This document shows, in pieces, positions 18,755 through 27,906 of a stretch of DNA of 64,000 nt (the first letter of the stretch is position 1; each line of letters begins with the position of its first letter). The stretch lies in assembly GCA_012841145.1 (NCBI GenBank), contig DUVH01000015.1, positions 37,237 through 101,236 of the forward strand, written 5' to 3'. The translations under genes were made by a program, and so were the position numbers. The notes beneath the pieces are model-generated. The model was given only the letters and a program-made list of their open reading frames with translations, made no database searches and was not told the origin of the DNA. Source of the DNA: Clostridiaceae bacterium (GTDB lineage Bacteria; Bacillota; Clostridia; Saccharofermentanales; DTU023).

Positions 18755-19918
18755 TTATCCGAAAAAATTCAGCAACAACCCCGCGGCAACTGCCGAGCCG
18801 ATGACGCCGGCGACATTCGGCCCCATCGCATGCATCAACAGGAAGTTCGATGGATTGTACTTCTGCCCTTCTCTCTGGACGACGCGAGCCGCCATCGGCA
18901 CGGCAGAAACGCCGGCTGCACCGATCAACGGATTGATTTTACTCTTCGTCAAGAAACACATCAGTTTACCGAGCAAAACACCTCCCGCGGTTCCGATCGA
19001 GAATGCGAGAAGTCCGAGCCCGACGATCATTAGCGTTTGAGGGCGTAAGAATCGTTCGGCCGTGGCCGTCGCACCAACTGTCATGCCGAGAAAAATCGAG
19101 ACGATGTACATGAGCGAATCTTTGATCGCATTGACGAGAAGCGGTACTTTGCCCGACTCCTTCAATAAATTGCCGAGCATGAGCATACCGATCAGCGAAG
19201 CGGCGGAAGGAAGGAGCAGTATGGTAAACAGTGTGACAGCGATCGGAAAGATAATCTTCTCGTCTTGACTGACTTCGCGAAGCTGTTCCATTTTAATCAT
19301 ACGCTCTTTTTCCGTCGTCAGCACTTTCATAATCGGCGGCTGAATGATAGGCACAAGCGCCATGTACGAGTAGGCTGCAATCGCGATTGGACCAAGAAGG
19401 TCAGGCGCAAGACGCCCCGTGAGAAAGAGCGCTGTCGGGCCGTCTGCCCCGCCGATGATACCGATTGACGCCGCTTCCGCTCCCGTAAATCCTAGTGCGA
19501 TCGCGCCGATAAACGTAATAAAAATACCGAGCTGCGCGGCGGCTCCAAGGAGAAGGCTTCTCGGGTTGGCAATCAGCGGTCCGAAATCGGTACCGACTCC
19601 TATGCAGAGGAAGATGAGAGGCGGATAAATGCCGAGCGCAGTTCCTTGATAGAGGTAGTACAATAGACCACCAGGCTGTGTCCCTAAGGGCCCATCCATC
19701 AGTCCTGCAAGCGGCAAGTTGGTGAGCAGCATACCGAAAGCGATCGGAATCAATAAATACGGTTCGTAGCCCCTTTTCACACCGAGGTAGATAAAGGTAA
19801 GCGCGATTACCACCATGATCAATTTCCCGGGAATCATCACGCCGAAGAGCTCCGTATCGAAACGGAAAAGCTCCGTGATGCCGGTACTCCTAAAGAAATC
19901 TACGAGTATGTCGTGCAT
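18755..19918 (-). CDS. Na+-translocating decarboxylase beta subunit (OadB/MmdB/GcdB family)
   Basis: 387 aa polytopic membrane protein. Family-typical stretches include LLIPIAFGMLLTNLP and AAGVSAVPMAARV. Confidence 0.9.
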   Translation of the reverse strand: MHDILVDFFRSTGITELFRFDTELFGVMIPGKLIMVVIALTFIYLGVKRGYEPYLLIPIAFGMLLTNLPLAGLMDGPLGTQPGGLLYYLYQGTALGIYPPLIFLCIGVGTDFGPLIANPRSLLLGAAAQLGIFITFIGAIALGFTGAEAASIGIIGGADGPTALFLTGRLAPDLLGPIAIAAYSYMALVPIIQPPIMKVLTTEKERMIKMEQLREVSQDEKIIFPIAVTLFTILLLPSAASLIGMLMLGNLLKESGKVPLLVNAIKDSLMYIVSIFLGMTVGATATAERFLRPQTLMIVGLGLLAFSIGTAGGVLLGKLMCFLTKSKINPLIGAAGVSAVPMAARVVQREGQKYNPSNFLLMHAMGPNVAGVIGSAVAAGLLLNFFG

Positions 19919-19927
19919 AGAATGCTC

Positions 19928-20317
19928 CTATTTGAACGTGACAAGAAGATCGCCAGATGACACAACGACACCTTTGCTAGTGTGAACTTTGGCGATCTCG
20001 CCATCGTGCGGAGCGACAATTTCATTCTCCATTTTCATCGCTTCGATCACTACGAGAATATCACCTGCTTTCACTTGGTCGCCGGCAGCAACATCGACGC
20101 TGAGAATCGTGCCCTGTAACGGCGCTTTCACGTCATCCCCGCCGGAAGCTGCCGCAGGTGGAGACGCCTTCGGTGCGGATGTGACGGGCGCCACGGGCGT
20201 AGGCACGGCCTTTACGGGGCGCGGTATCGACGCCGAGCGCTCCGCTTTGACTTCCTCTACTTCAACGAAATATTCTTCTCCGTCAATGACGATACGAAAT
20301 GTCTTAACTGTGGACAT
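19928..20317 (-). CDS. biotin carboxyl carrier subunit of the decarboxylase (MmdC/OadA-C-terminal-like)
   Basis: The track ORF extends to 20446. The ATG at 20317 gives MSTVKTFRIVIDGEEYFVEVEEV..., an A/P-rich linker and the biotinylation motif EAMKMEN. Confidence 0.9.
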   Translation of the reverse strand: MSTVKTFRIVIDGEEYFVEVEEVKAERSASIPRPVKAVPTPVAPVTSAPKASPPAAASGGDDVKAPLQGTILSVDVAAGDQVKAGDILVVIEAMKMENEIVAPHDGEIAKVHTSKGVVVSSGDLLVTFK

Positions 20318-20336
20318 GTGATTAAACCCTTTCTCT

Positions 20337-20702
20337 TTATAGCGAGCGCCTGAGCGACTCTTCAATGGCGGCGGCCTCCCATCCGGTTGACCCCGCTGAT
20401 TCGCGATAGATACGACGGACGACAAGCGTGACATCATCACCCGCATAAGCCTGAATCGCGGCGGATAGCGCGGCGATTTTTACTGAACTCAGTTTCGTCT
20501 CCGGCGCGTCGGTCGCGAGGAGTTCCGTCTCCTTCAGTTCGGGAGAATCGGAATCTTTCTTATTTTTTTTCTTTTTTCTATTCACGAAGAATGCCGTAAT
20601 ATCGACCAAGTACGAGATCGCAAGCAACACGATGAATACGAAAACCATATAGATAATCGACAATACGACGCTGTCTATCACTGTAATATTATCTGGCGTC
20701 AT
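20337..20702 (-). CDS. small membrane-anchor subunit of the decarboxylase (OadG/MmdD-like)
   Basis: The ATG at 20702 gives MTPDNITVIDSVVLSIIYMVFVFIVLLAISYLV (one TM helix), then a lysine run and a soluble tail. Size and position match gamma/delta subunits. Confidence 0.7.
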   Translation of the reverse strand: MTPDNITVIDSVVLSIIYMVFVFIVLLAISYLVDITAFFVNRKKKKNKKDSDSPELKETELLATDAPETKLSSVKIAALSAAIQAYAGDDVTLVVRRIYRESAGSTGWEAAAIEESLRRSL

Positions 20703-20712
20703 ACACTCACCT

Positions 20713-22275
20713 CTATAGGGGGATATTGCCATGTTTCTTGGCAATCTTCGGCATGCGTTTCCCGCGCAGCGAGTCGAAGGAGGAGATAAGGCGCTGACGC
20801 GTCTCCTCAGGCAAGATTACATCGTCAAGGTAACCGCGCTCCGCCGCTACAAACGGATTCATCATAGTCTCGGAATATTCGTCAATCTTCTCTTTACGTT
20901 TTTCTTCCGGATTGTCGGCGTTGCGAATCTCACGCGAGAAAATAATATTCGCGGCGCCCTCCGCACCCATGACGGCAATTTCCGCAGTGGGCCAGCCGAG
21001 CACGATGTCGCCGCCGAGATGCTTTGAGCACATTCCGATGTAGGCGCCGCCATAAGCTTTGCGGGTGATGACTGTTACTTTTGGAACGCTCGCTTCGCTA
21101 TAGGCGTAAAGCATCTTCGCGCCGTGACGAATGATTCCGCCGTACTCCTGCTGTGTGCCGGGGAGGAATCCCGGGACATCGACGAGTGTCAAAAGGGGCA
21201 CGTTAAACGCATCGCACATACGGATAAATCTCGACGCCTTGTCGGATGCATTGATATCGAGACAACCTGCCATCACGCGCGGCTGATTGGCGATGACACC
21301 GACACTTTCTCCGTTCAGGCGTATAAATCCCGTTACGATGTTTTGCGCAAAATAGGGCTGAACCTCAAACAGCGCCTCATCGTCCGCGAGCGCATAGATT
21401 AACTCTTTCATATCGTATGGCGTGCGCGGATCTTCCGGGATAATCGTATTCAGCGCTTTGACCATCTCATTAGGATCACGGAAACATTCCGTGCGCGCCG
21501 GCTTTTCGAGATTATTTTGAGGTAAGAAACTCAACAACTGTTTGATCTGAGCGAGGCACTCGTCTTCATCGGAAGCGCGGAAATGCGCGACACCGCTCAC
21601 ACTGTTATGCGTCATCGCGCCGCCGAGCGTCTGAGCAGAAACTTCTTCACCTGTAACAGCAAGAATGACCTGCGGACCTGTGATGAACATCTCACTCGTC
21701 TCATCAACCATAAACACGAAATCCGTAAGCGCAGGAGAATAGACGGCTCCGCCGGCACAGGGACCCATGATGACGGAAATCTGCGGGATGACGCCCGACG
21801 CCTTCGTATTGTTGTAGAAGATACGCCCGTACCCCGCCAGCGAGTCGACGCCTTCCTGAATACGTGCGCCGCCGGAATCGTTGATGGCAATCATCGGCGC
21901 GCCGACCTTGAGCGCCGCTTCCTGCGTACGCGCAATCTTATCGGCGTGCATTTCGCCCAAAGAACCGCCTATTACGGTAAAATCCTGAGCCGAGACATAG
22001 ACGAGTCGACCGTCGATCGTCCCGTAACCAGTCACAACGCCGTCGCCCGGGGCATTCTTCGAGTCCATTCCGAAGTTTGTCGCCCTGTGTTTGACGAAAA
22101 GGCCTGTCTCGACAAAACTTTTTTCATCGAGAAGCTTTTCGATACGTTCGCGTGCCGTCATCTTTCCTCGCGCGTGTTGCCGCTTAACGCCGGCTTCACT
22201 GCCGCCTGAAGAAAGCGTTTTCTTCATTTCAAGCAACGCTTTTTGTTTTTCATCCAACAAATTCGTATCCTCCAT
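20713..22275 (-). CDS. acyl-CoA carboxyltransferase, MmdA/PccB type (decarboxylase alpha subunit)
   Basis: 520 aa. High-similarity stretches to methylmalonyl-CoA decarboxylase alpha / propionyl-CoA carboxylase beta: DFTVIGGSLGEMHADKI, INDSGGARIQEGV, MGPCAGGAVYSPALTDF. Confidence 0.9.
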   Translation of the reverse strand: MEDTNLLDEKQKALLEMKKTLSSGGSEAGVKRQHARGKMTARERIEKLLDEKSFVETGLFVKHRATNFGMDSKNAPGDGVVTGYGTIDGRLVYVSAQDFTVIGGSLGEMHADKIARTQEAALKVGAPMIAINDSGGARIQEGVDSLAGYGRIFYNNTKASGVIPQISVIMGPCAGGAVYSPALTDFVFMVDETSEMFITGPQVILAVTGEEVSAQTLGGAMTHNSVSGVAHFRASDEDECLAQIKQLLSFLPQNNLEKPARTECFRDPNEMVKALNTIIPEDPRTPYDMKELIYALADDEALFEVQPYFAQNIVTGFIRLNGESVGVIANQPRVMAGCLDINASDKASRFIRMCDAFNVPLLTLVDVPGFLPGTQQEYGGIIRHGAKMLYAYSEASVPKVTVITRKAYGGAYIGMCSKHLGGDIVLGWPTAEIAVMGAEGAANIIFSREIRNADNPEEKRKEKIDEYSETMMNPFVAAERGYLDDVILPEETRQRLISSFDSLRGKRMPKIAKKHGNIPL

Positions 22276-22297
22276 CTACCAAATCAAATATTATTCA

Positions 22298-23929
22298 CTA
22301 TTTCTTAAAACTGTCGGGAATTTCATACAGACCGCCCGACCATTCGACGAGCTCATCAAGGGACTTAGCCGCGAGAAGGTCTTTTGTCGCGAGCGCCTGG
22401 TCAATGTCAAGATCGTCGGGGAGCGCGATTTTACCTGATTTCCTCAACTTTTCAATTACAGCCGGAGTCGCCATGTCACCGATCGGCGTCCCTTGCGCGA
22501 CAGCGCCCATCAGCGTCGTCCTCTCATCTTCGCTTTCAGCAAGATAGAGGTATGCGATCCCCTGCTCCGTCACGACGTGCGTTACATCTTCTCCGTAGAT
22601 CATGACAGGCGTGCTATCCAAACCTGCCTTCCTGCCGATCTCAACGGCATCAAGTTCGGGGACAAAATTGTTTCCGAACCGCCCGCTGCTTGACAACATC
22701 TGAACGATGAGTTTTCTTCCGCCTATCATGGAACGGCCCGGGTTCGGCATCATCGCTTTCCATGCCGGTGTCGAATGGCGTCGCCCTTGCGTGTTATGAC
22801 CCATGTTCGGAGCTCCTCCGAACCCCGACAGCCTGCCGCTCGTTACGGTCGAAGAGTTTGCAAGATAATCCATCTGCAGTGTCGCGCCTAAGAACAAATC
22901 GATACCGTATAATCCGGCCAACTGTGCGTATGCGCGGTTGGATCTTAGCGTTCCGTCATTTCCTGTAAAGAAGATATCGGAGCGAGCTTCCGTATACTTC
23001 TCCATCCCTTTTTCGCCGCCAAACGCGTAGATGCTCTCCACCCAGCCTCTTTCAATCGCCGGGATCATCATCGGATGAGGATTGAGAACCCAGTGACGGC
23101 AAATCTTTCCTTTCAAACCGAGGCTTTCACCGTACGTAGGGAGAATAAGTTCAATCGCAGCACCGTTATAGCCGATACCGTGATTGAGCGACATGACGCC
23201 GTGCTTGGCATAGATCCCCTTGATTGTCATCATCGCCATCAAAATATGTCTGTCGCGAATCTTCGCCGGATCTCTCGTGAAAAGCGCCTCCATCTGGTAC
23301 GGCTCATCCGATTGAACAACGATGTCAACCCAGTCTCCCGGGATATCGACACGCGGCAACGCGCCCTTACCGACAATCTCGTTGACTTGCACGATGACGA
23401 TACCGTCCTTAAACGCGGTCGCCTCGACGAGAATAGGCGTATCCTCCGTACTGTATCCGGTGAAAAGATTCCCGTCTTCATCGGCCATCTCCGCGGCGAC
23501 AAGACAGATATTGGGGATAAGGTCGACAAGCAGTCTCGCGTAAAGCTCGAGGTATGTGTGAATCGAACCTATCTTCAACTGATTGTCTTCAAGCATTTTT
23601 GCCAGTCGCACACTCTGCATGCCGGCAAACGCAAAATTGAGTTCATGCGCAATGCCTTTCTCGAAAAGGTCAAGATGCTCATCGCGCGATACGGCGGGGA
23701 TCATCATTGTGAGACCGTGCACAACAGCAGGGTCTACCGAAGCTAACGCCTGTGAAAGAAACGTCGCTTGCTTCTGGTTATCTCCTTCAAGCACTACTCG
23801 ATCGTTCGGACAGACAACTGCCTCCAGTACGGAGACAATATCTTCGGCTTGAACGATTTTCCCGCGCATCATATCCGAAGCGCGCTGCAGCCTTTGCTGC
23901 TTTCTAATCTTTTGCACATTCCATTCCAT
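22298..23929 (-). CDS. malonate decarboxylase alpha-subunit family protein (MdcA/MadA-like malonate:acetyl-thioester transferase)
   Basis: 543 aa. From my memory of MdcA it aligns along the whole length (LEGDNQKQATFLS, IHTYLELYARL, TEDTPILVEATAFKDGIVIVQVNEIV, LFTRDPAKI, KICRHWVLNPHP, GFGGAPNMG). First gene of the decarboxylase operon. Confidence 0.8.
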   Translation of the reverse strand: MEWNVQKIRKQQRLQRASDMMRGKIVQAEDIVSVLEAVVCPNDRVVLEGDNQKQATFLSQALASVDPAVVHGLTMMIPAVSRDEHLDLFEKGIAHELNFAFAGMQSVRLAKMLEDNQLKIGSIHTYLELYARLLVDLIPNICLVAAEMADEDGNLFTGYSTEDTPILVEATAFKDGIVIVQVNEIVGKGALPRVDIPGDWVDIVVQSDEPYQMEALFTRDPAKIRDRHILMAMMTIKGIYAKHGVMSLNHGIGYNGAAIELILPTYGESLGLKGKICRHWVLNPHPMMIPAIERGWVESIYAFGGEKGMEKYTEARSDIFFTGNDGTLRSNRAYAQLAGLYGIDLFLGATLQMDYLANSSTVTSGRLSGFGGAPNMGHNTQGRRHSTPAWKAMMPNPGRSMIGGRKLIVQMLSSSGRFGNNFVPELDAVEIGRKAGLDSTPVMIYGEDVTHVVTEQGIAYLYLAESEDERTTLMGAVAQGTPIGDMATPAVIEKLRKSGKIALPDDLDIDQALATKDLLAAKSLDELVEWSGGLYEIPDSFKK

Positions 23930-24288
23930 CGTCGTGGCTCCTTTATCTTTTCATTTACGCGGGGCAGTATAATGGATCGTCGTGTCCCTTCATCTGCTCG
24001 ATTGACCAGACCGATAAACGACAGGTTTCCATGAACATTCGCGAGTCATTTAGCGACATGGCCACTGCCCTTCCTGACATACAAACCTGCTATTCTTAAC
24101 TACCTTTAACGCTATCATTTGAGGTGTTGAACGTCAAATATATAACGTGCTAAACTTTACAGTTTATCGCCTTTTTTCCGGGTATGTTTTATAAGTAAAA
24201 TGACAAGGCCGCTTTAAATAATTATAAAAAACGGTCATGACCGCGCTATCAAACCGTCTCAATGTTTTACAGACAATCTTCGGATTCA

Positions 24289-25362
24289 TCAAGACTCATA
24301 TTTGTTATCCGCAATTACCTGATTGATGAACGCAAGCTTTCGTTTCGGATACTCCGGTCCGGCGACAAAAGACGACAATGCGTGCTGAGCACCCTCGACA
24401 ACCCAGTATTCTTTAAGTTCGGAAGAACAGGCATCGAAGAGTTTTTGCGACATCCACGTCGGCACAAAAACATCCTCGCTGCCGTGAATAATAAAAATAG
24501 GAACAGAAGCTCTCGCGATGGCGCTAAGCGCCGTCGGATCGTTCAATCGGTAGCCCATCGCAAAATAGAAGAAAAATTTAGAAAAAAAGAGTGCCGGACC
24601 GCGCAAAATCGGGCTCATACCGCGAGTCAGCCATTTGCCCTGATCGATGAGCGACGTAAACCCGCAATCGGAGATGACAGCGATAACGTTATCGGGGAAC
24701 CGTACGTCACCGGTCGCGGTCAGCACCGTCGCGGCACCCATGGACAGCCCGTCGAGCACGTACCATTCCGGAGCATCCTCGCCTAATCGCTTGTTAATCT
24801 CGTCTATCCAGACAAACAGATCGTCGTAATGTTTACACCCGATATCGATTCTCTTTCCCTCGCTCGGCTTGTGCCCTCGGAGCGAAGGAAGAAAGACTGA
24901 AATACCCGCCTCGATGTACGGTTTCGCGTCGAGGATTCTTGACCCGCTCGCATCACGCCAGCCGTGAACGACGATGGCACATCCGTTTCGGAAAGCAGAT
25001 AGCTCCGTCGATCCGATACAGGCAGGAATGTAAACGCCTCGGAGTTTCAAACCATCTCGCACGATCTCAAGTTCAATCTCGTCACCCGTCAAAAGTTCCT
25101 CTTTGACTTGCTGAGCCGTTGCGAAATAGGCTACCGTCTCCTCGGAAACATAAGCTCTGCTGCCTTGATCCTCATTCCCTTCCGGCGGTTTCGTCGCGTA
25201 GCGGAACAACACGCGTCCGAGAGACAACTCAAACCATAAAAAGATAAGCAGAACGGCACCGACGACAATCAATGCGATCAACCAAGGCGGCGCAGAAGCA
25301 CCAACAGTCGGTACAAACACCGCTTGAGCGAGCAAAAAAGAATACCGCGATAAACAAGCCAT
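24289..25362 (-). CDS. membrane-anchored alpha/beta-hydrolase
   Basis: 357 aa. N-terminal TM helix, nucleophile elbow GLSMGA, late HGSEDVFVP and GAQH motifs typical of the fold. Confidence 0.7.
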   Translation of the reverse strand: MACLSRYSFLLAQAVFVPTVGASAPPWLIALIVVGAVLLIFLWFELSLGRVLFRYATKPPEGNEDQGSRAYVSEETVAYFATAQQVKEELLTGDEIELEIVRDGLKLRGVYIPACIGSTELSAFRNGCAIVVHGWRDASGSRILDAKPYIEAGISVFLPSLRGHKPSEGKRIDIGCKHYDDLFVWIDEINKRLGEDAPEWYVLDGLSMGAATVLTATGDVRFPDNVIAVISDCGFTSLIDQGKWLTRGMSPILRGPALFFSKFFFYFAMGYRLNDPTALSAIARASVPIFIIHGSEDVFVPTWMSQKLFDACSSELKEYWVVEGAQHALSSFVAGPEYPKRKLAFINQVIADNKYES

Positions 25363-25539
25363 AGTTCAACCTCTTCTCACCAATCAAAGCACGTGACGAT
25401 ACGGAGCGCCCAGCGAGCACGTCGTCAATACTTCATCTTCGCTTATCATTATACGCAATTGATCAAAGGAGCATCACATAATGTCTTCTTTTAAATCATG
25501 CGCCCATTTGCCGCGAAAAGAGACACAACTGCTTAATAT

Positions 25540-26967
25540 TTAGTGACGGACGATCGGATCTGTGTACCATTTACCTTTACGATACAAGATCGCTCCCACG
25601 ATAATGATGATTACGTTGGAGGCAAGCATAGAGATCCAGAGTCCTGTCGCTCCGAGCGAAGTAACCGATTTAAAAAAGTAGATGAGCGGAAGTCGAATAC
25701 CCCACAATCTGAGTATCGAAATAAACGCGGAGTATCGATGGTATCCTGCACCGCTGAAAATACCGGCAAACGCATTAAAATATCCCATTGGAGGCGTCAT
25801 GAGAGCGGAGTAAACCATATACTCTAACGACTGCTCCCAGACAAGATCGGCATGCGTGCCCGTTTCTCGGATAAAGAGCGATAGCACGGGGTGACGCAGG
25901 AGCCACATTAGAAAGCCTCCGGCGATCGTTATATACGTGATGTAGCGGAAGGCCGTACTTGAGAATTCTCGCGCTCTTTCGCGATTATCGGCTCCCATGT
26001 TCTGTCCGATAAGCGGCGTCAATGCGCCCCCGATACCTGAGGCGGGCATCATAATAAAACTGTTAATCCTGTTGACCGCGGCGTACGCGGTAATGGTCGC
26101 ATCGCCGTAGCCTACAATGAGCGAGTGCATTAACGTAAACCCCAGCGCCGCACTCGATTGCCCGAGCGCCGTCGGGAAACCTGTACGTGCGAGCCTCGCA
26201 AATTGTGAAACGGTCAGCTTCGTACCCTTTAAACGCAATCTCACCTCATTGACATCGGAGCGAATCGCCATAGCGGCCATGACCATACGAACTGCCTGCG
26301 ATATAATGGTCGCCCATGCCGCTCCGGCAATCCCCATTCCCAGTCCTGACAGATTTACGAAAGGAATTCGCGTAAAAATGAAAACTGGGTCGAGAATGAT
26401 GTTCAAGATAGCTGATACTGCACTGATCCTCGTCGTCACGCGCGTCTTACCTTGAGCGCTTAAGATCGCATAATACGACAAATAGACCATTTCAAACACG
26501 AATCCGATCATCAGAATCGAGAAATACGTCGTCGCCGCATCGTAAAGCGCTCCTGTAGCGCCCATCACCTTAATGATGTAAGGCGCTAAGAAATAACCTG
26601 TGACAGAAAAAAACACGCCTATTACAAGACAAAAGAAAAAGATATGTGTTGCGTATGACTCGGCCCGCTCCTTCTCACCCGCCCCGATCAGTTGCGAGAT
26701 GATCGCCGTTCCGGCGATTGAGATTCCGATACCAAGCGAAATAAACAGATAGTGCGGAGGCCAAACAAAGCTCGTCGCGGAAAAATCGACAAGTGAAAGT
26801 TGCGCTACCCAAAGTCCGTCCGCCAAGTTGTATACGGCATTGATCAAGTTGGTAAGCATCAACGGGACTGAAACAGAAAAAAGGACCGGGACGATCGGTC
26901 CTTTCAAAATGTCTCCGCTGCCTTGAGTTTGAGATGTCAGTTGTTTTGCATTATCTTCGTCTTTCAT
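25540..26967 (-). CDS. MATE-family efflux transporter
   Basis: 475 aa with ~12 predicted TM helices and a MATE-like N-terminus (PIVPVLFSVSVPLMLTNLINAVYNLADGLWV). Confidence 0.85.
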   Translation of the reverse strand: MKDEDNAKQLTSQTQGSGDILKGPIVPVLFSVSVPLMLTNLINAVYNLADGLWVAQLSLVDFSATSFVWPPHYLFISLGIGISIAGTAIISQLIGAGEKERAESYATHIFFFCLVIGVFFSVTGYFLAPYIIKVMGATGALYDAATTYFSILMIGFVFEMVYLSYYAILSAQGKTRVTTRISAVSAILNIILDPVFIFTRIPFVNLSGLGMGIAGAAWATIISQAVRMVMAAMAIRSDVNEVRLRLKGTKLTVSQFARLARTGFPTALGQSSAALGFTLMHSLIVGYGDATITAYAAVNRINSFIMMPASGIGGALTPLIGQNMGADNRERAREFSSTAFRYITYITIAGGFLMWLLRHPVLSLFIRETGTHADLVWEQSLEYMVYSALMTPPMGYFNAFAGIFSGAGYHRYSAFISILRLWGIRLPLIYFFKSVTSLGATGLWISMLASNVIIIIVGAILYRKGKWYTDPIVRH

Positions 26968-26972
26968 GACTG

Positions 26973-27635
26973 TCAGCCTCTTTCCATCCTACATCGAACA
27001 TCGGCAATTCTTTTGTCCGCTGTTGCAGATTCATAGAATAAGCCGTCAGTGATATACAGGTCTCTCGCTTCACATAACAGATTGAGCGCCTTTGACAGTT
27101 CTCCGTCCTCCTCAAGACAACGTGCCTTTAACGTCAACATGTCGGCATACGCTTTTTCCGATGTCACCCGATCGGCATAATCCCGTGCCAATCTCAAATA
27201 GATTTCGCAGTTCTCCCTTTCGCCGATTTCGAGAAATATCGTGCCCTGCCTGATATAATTCTCCGCCAATCTCCGGAAATAATGCGGCATGGAGGACGAC
27301 AAGTGGAGTAACTCCTCGCGATAGTAAGCAATCGCATCGTGCCTGTTACCCTGAAAATCCGCAATTCTCGCCCGTTCATGGAAAAAATAAGGACGAAGGT
27401 TCGGCTGGACTTGTTGCTTCTTATCCTCAAATATTCGCTCAATGAGGTCAATCGCCTCCTCGAAGTTACCGAGTCCGATCAAAGCGCGAACCTCACCGAG
27501 ACGAGCACGACCCTTGATAAGGGGTGCCGACTCGACATCGACGATGAGTGCAGAAAAAAGTTCTCGCGCTTTGGAAAATTGTCCGGCGTCGAGAAGTCGG
27601 TTTGCATCGTCAAGCTTGCTCATGTGTGATTTCAT
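26973..27635 (-). CDS. TPR-like helical repeat protein, function unknown
   Basis: 220 aa, helical repeat character (repeated A..Y/F..A..L patterns). Lies 5 nt upstream of the MATE gene. Confidence 0.5.
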   Translation of the reverse strand: MKSHMSKLDDANRLLDAGQFSKARELFSALIVDVESAPLIKGRARLGEVRALIGLGNFEEAIDLIERIFEDKKQQVQPNLRPYFFHERARIADFQGNRHDAIAYYREELLHLSSSMPHYFRRLAENYIRQGTIFLEIGERENCEIYLRLARDYADRVTSEKAYADMLTLKARCLEEDGELSKALNLLCEARDLYITDGLFYESATADKRIADVRCRMERG

Positions 27636-27906
27636 GTATATATATTATCATCGTTATCTTTTTTTGCACGATCTATTATAGCCAATCAAAATCTCATTGT
27701 TCACAATTTGTTTGTCACTTATTAGCACTTTTACTGTACAATGTGTATAGATTGAAAGGAGATAACGATAAAATTTTCTTCGAACGGAAAATCTGATCGA
27801 AGGAATTTATTGTTGTATACCCTCTTTCTTTAATCAGATTTGTGTTGTGATCTTAAAACGAATATCGGCAACTTGACCGGTATCCAAACGATTGAAAGGA
27901 TCGGGA

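Noticed and set aside
20560-20590. T8-C-T6 run (poly-lysine codons) in the decarboxylase anchor subunit as a phase-variation site
   Set aside because: It encodes the expected basic juxtamembrane stretch (NRKKKKNKK) of these small subunits. The tract is interrupted and short.
24228-24246. Palindrome CGGTCATGACCG after the alpha/beta-hydrolase gene as a terminator
   Set aside because: The perfect palindrome leaves no viable loop (at most a 4-bp stem), so it is too weak to call.
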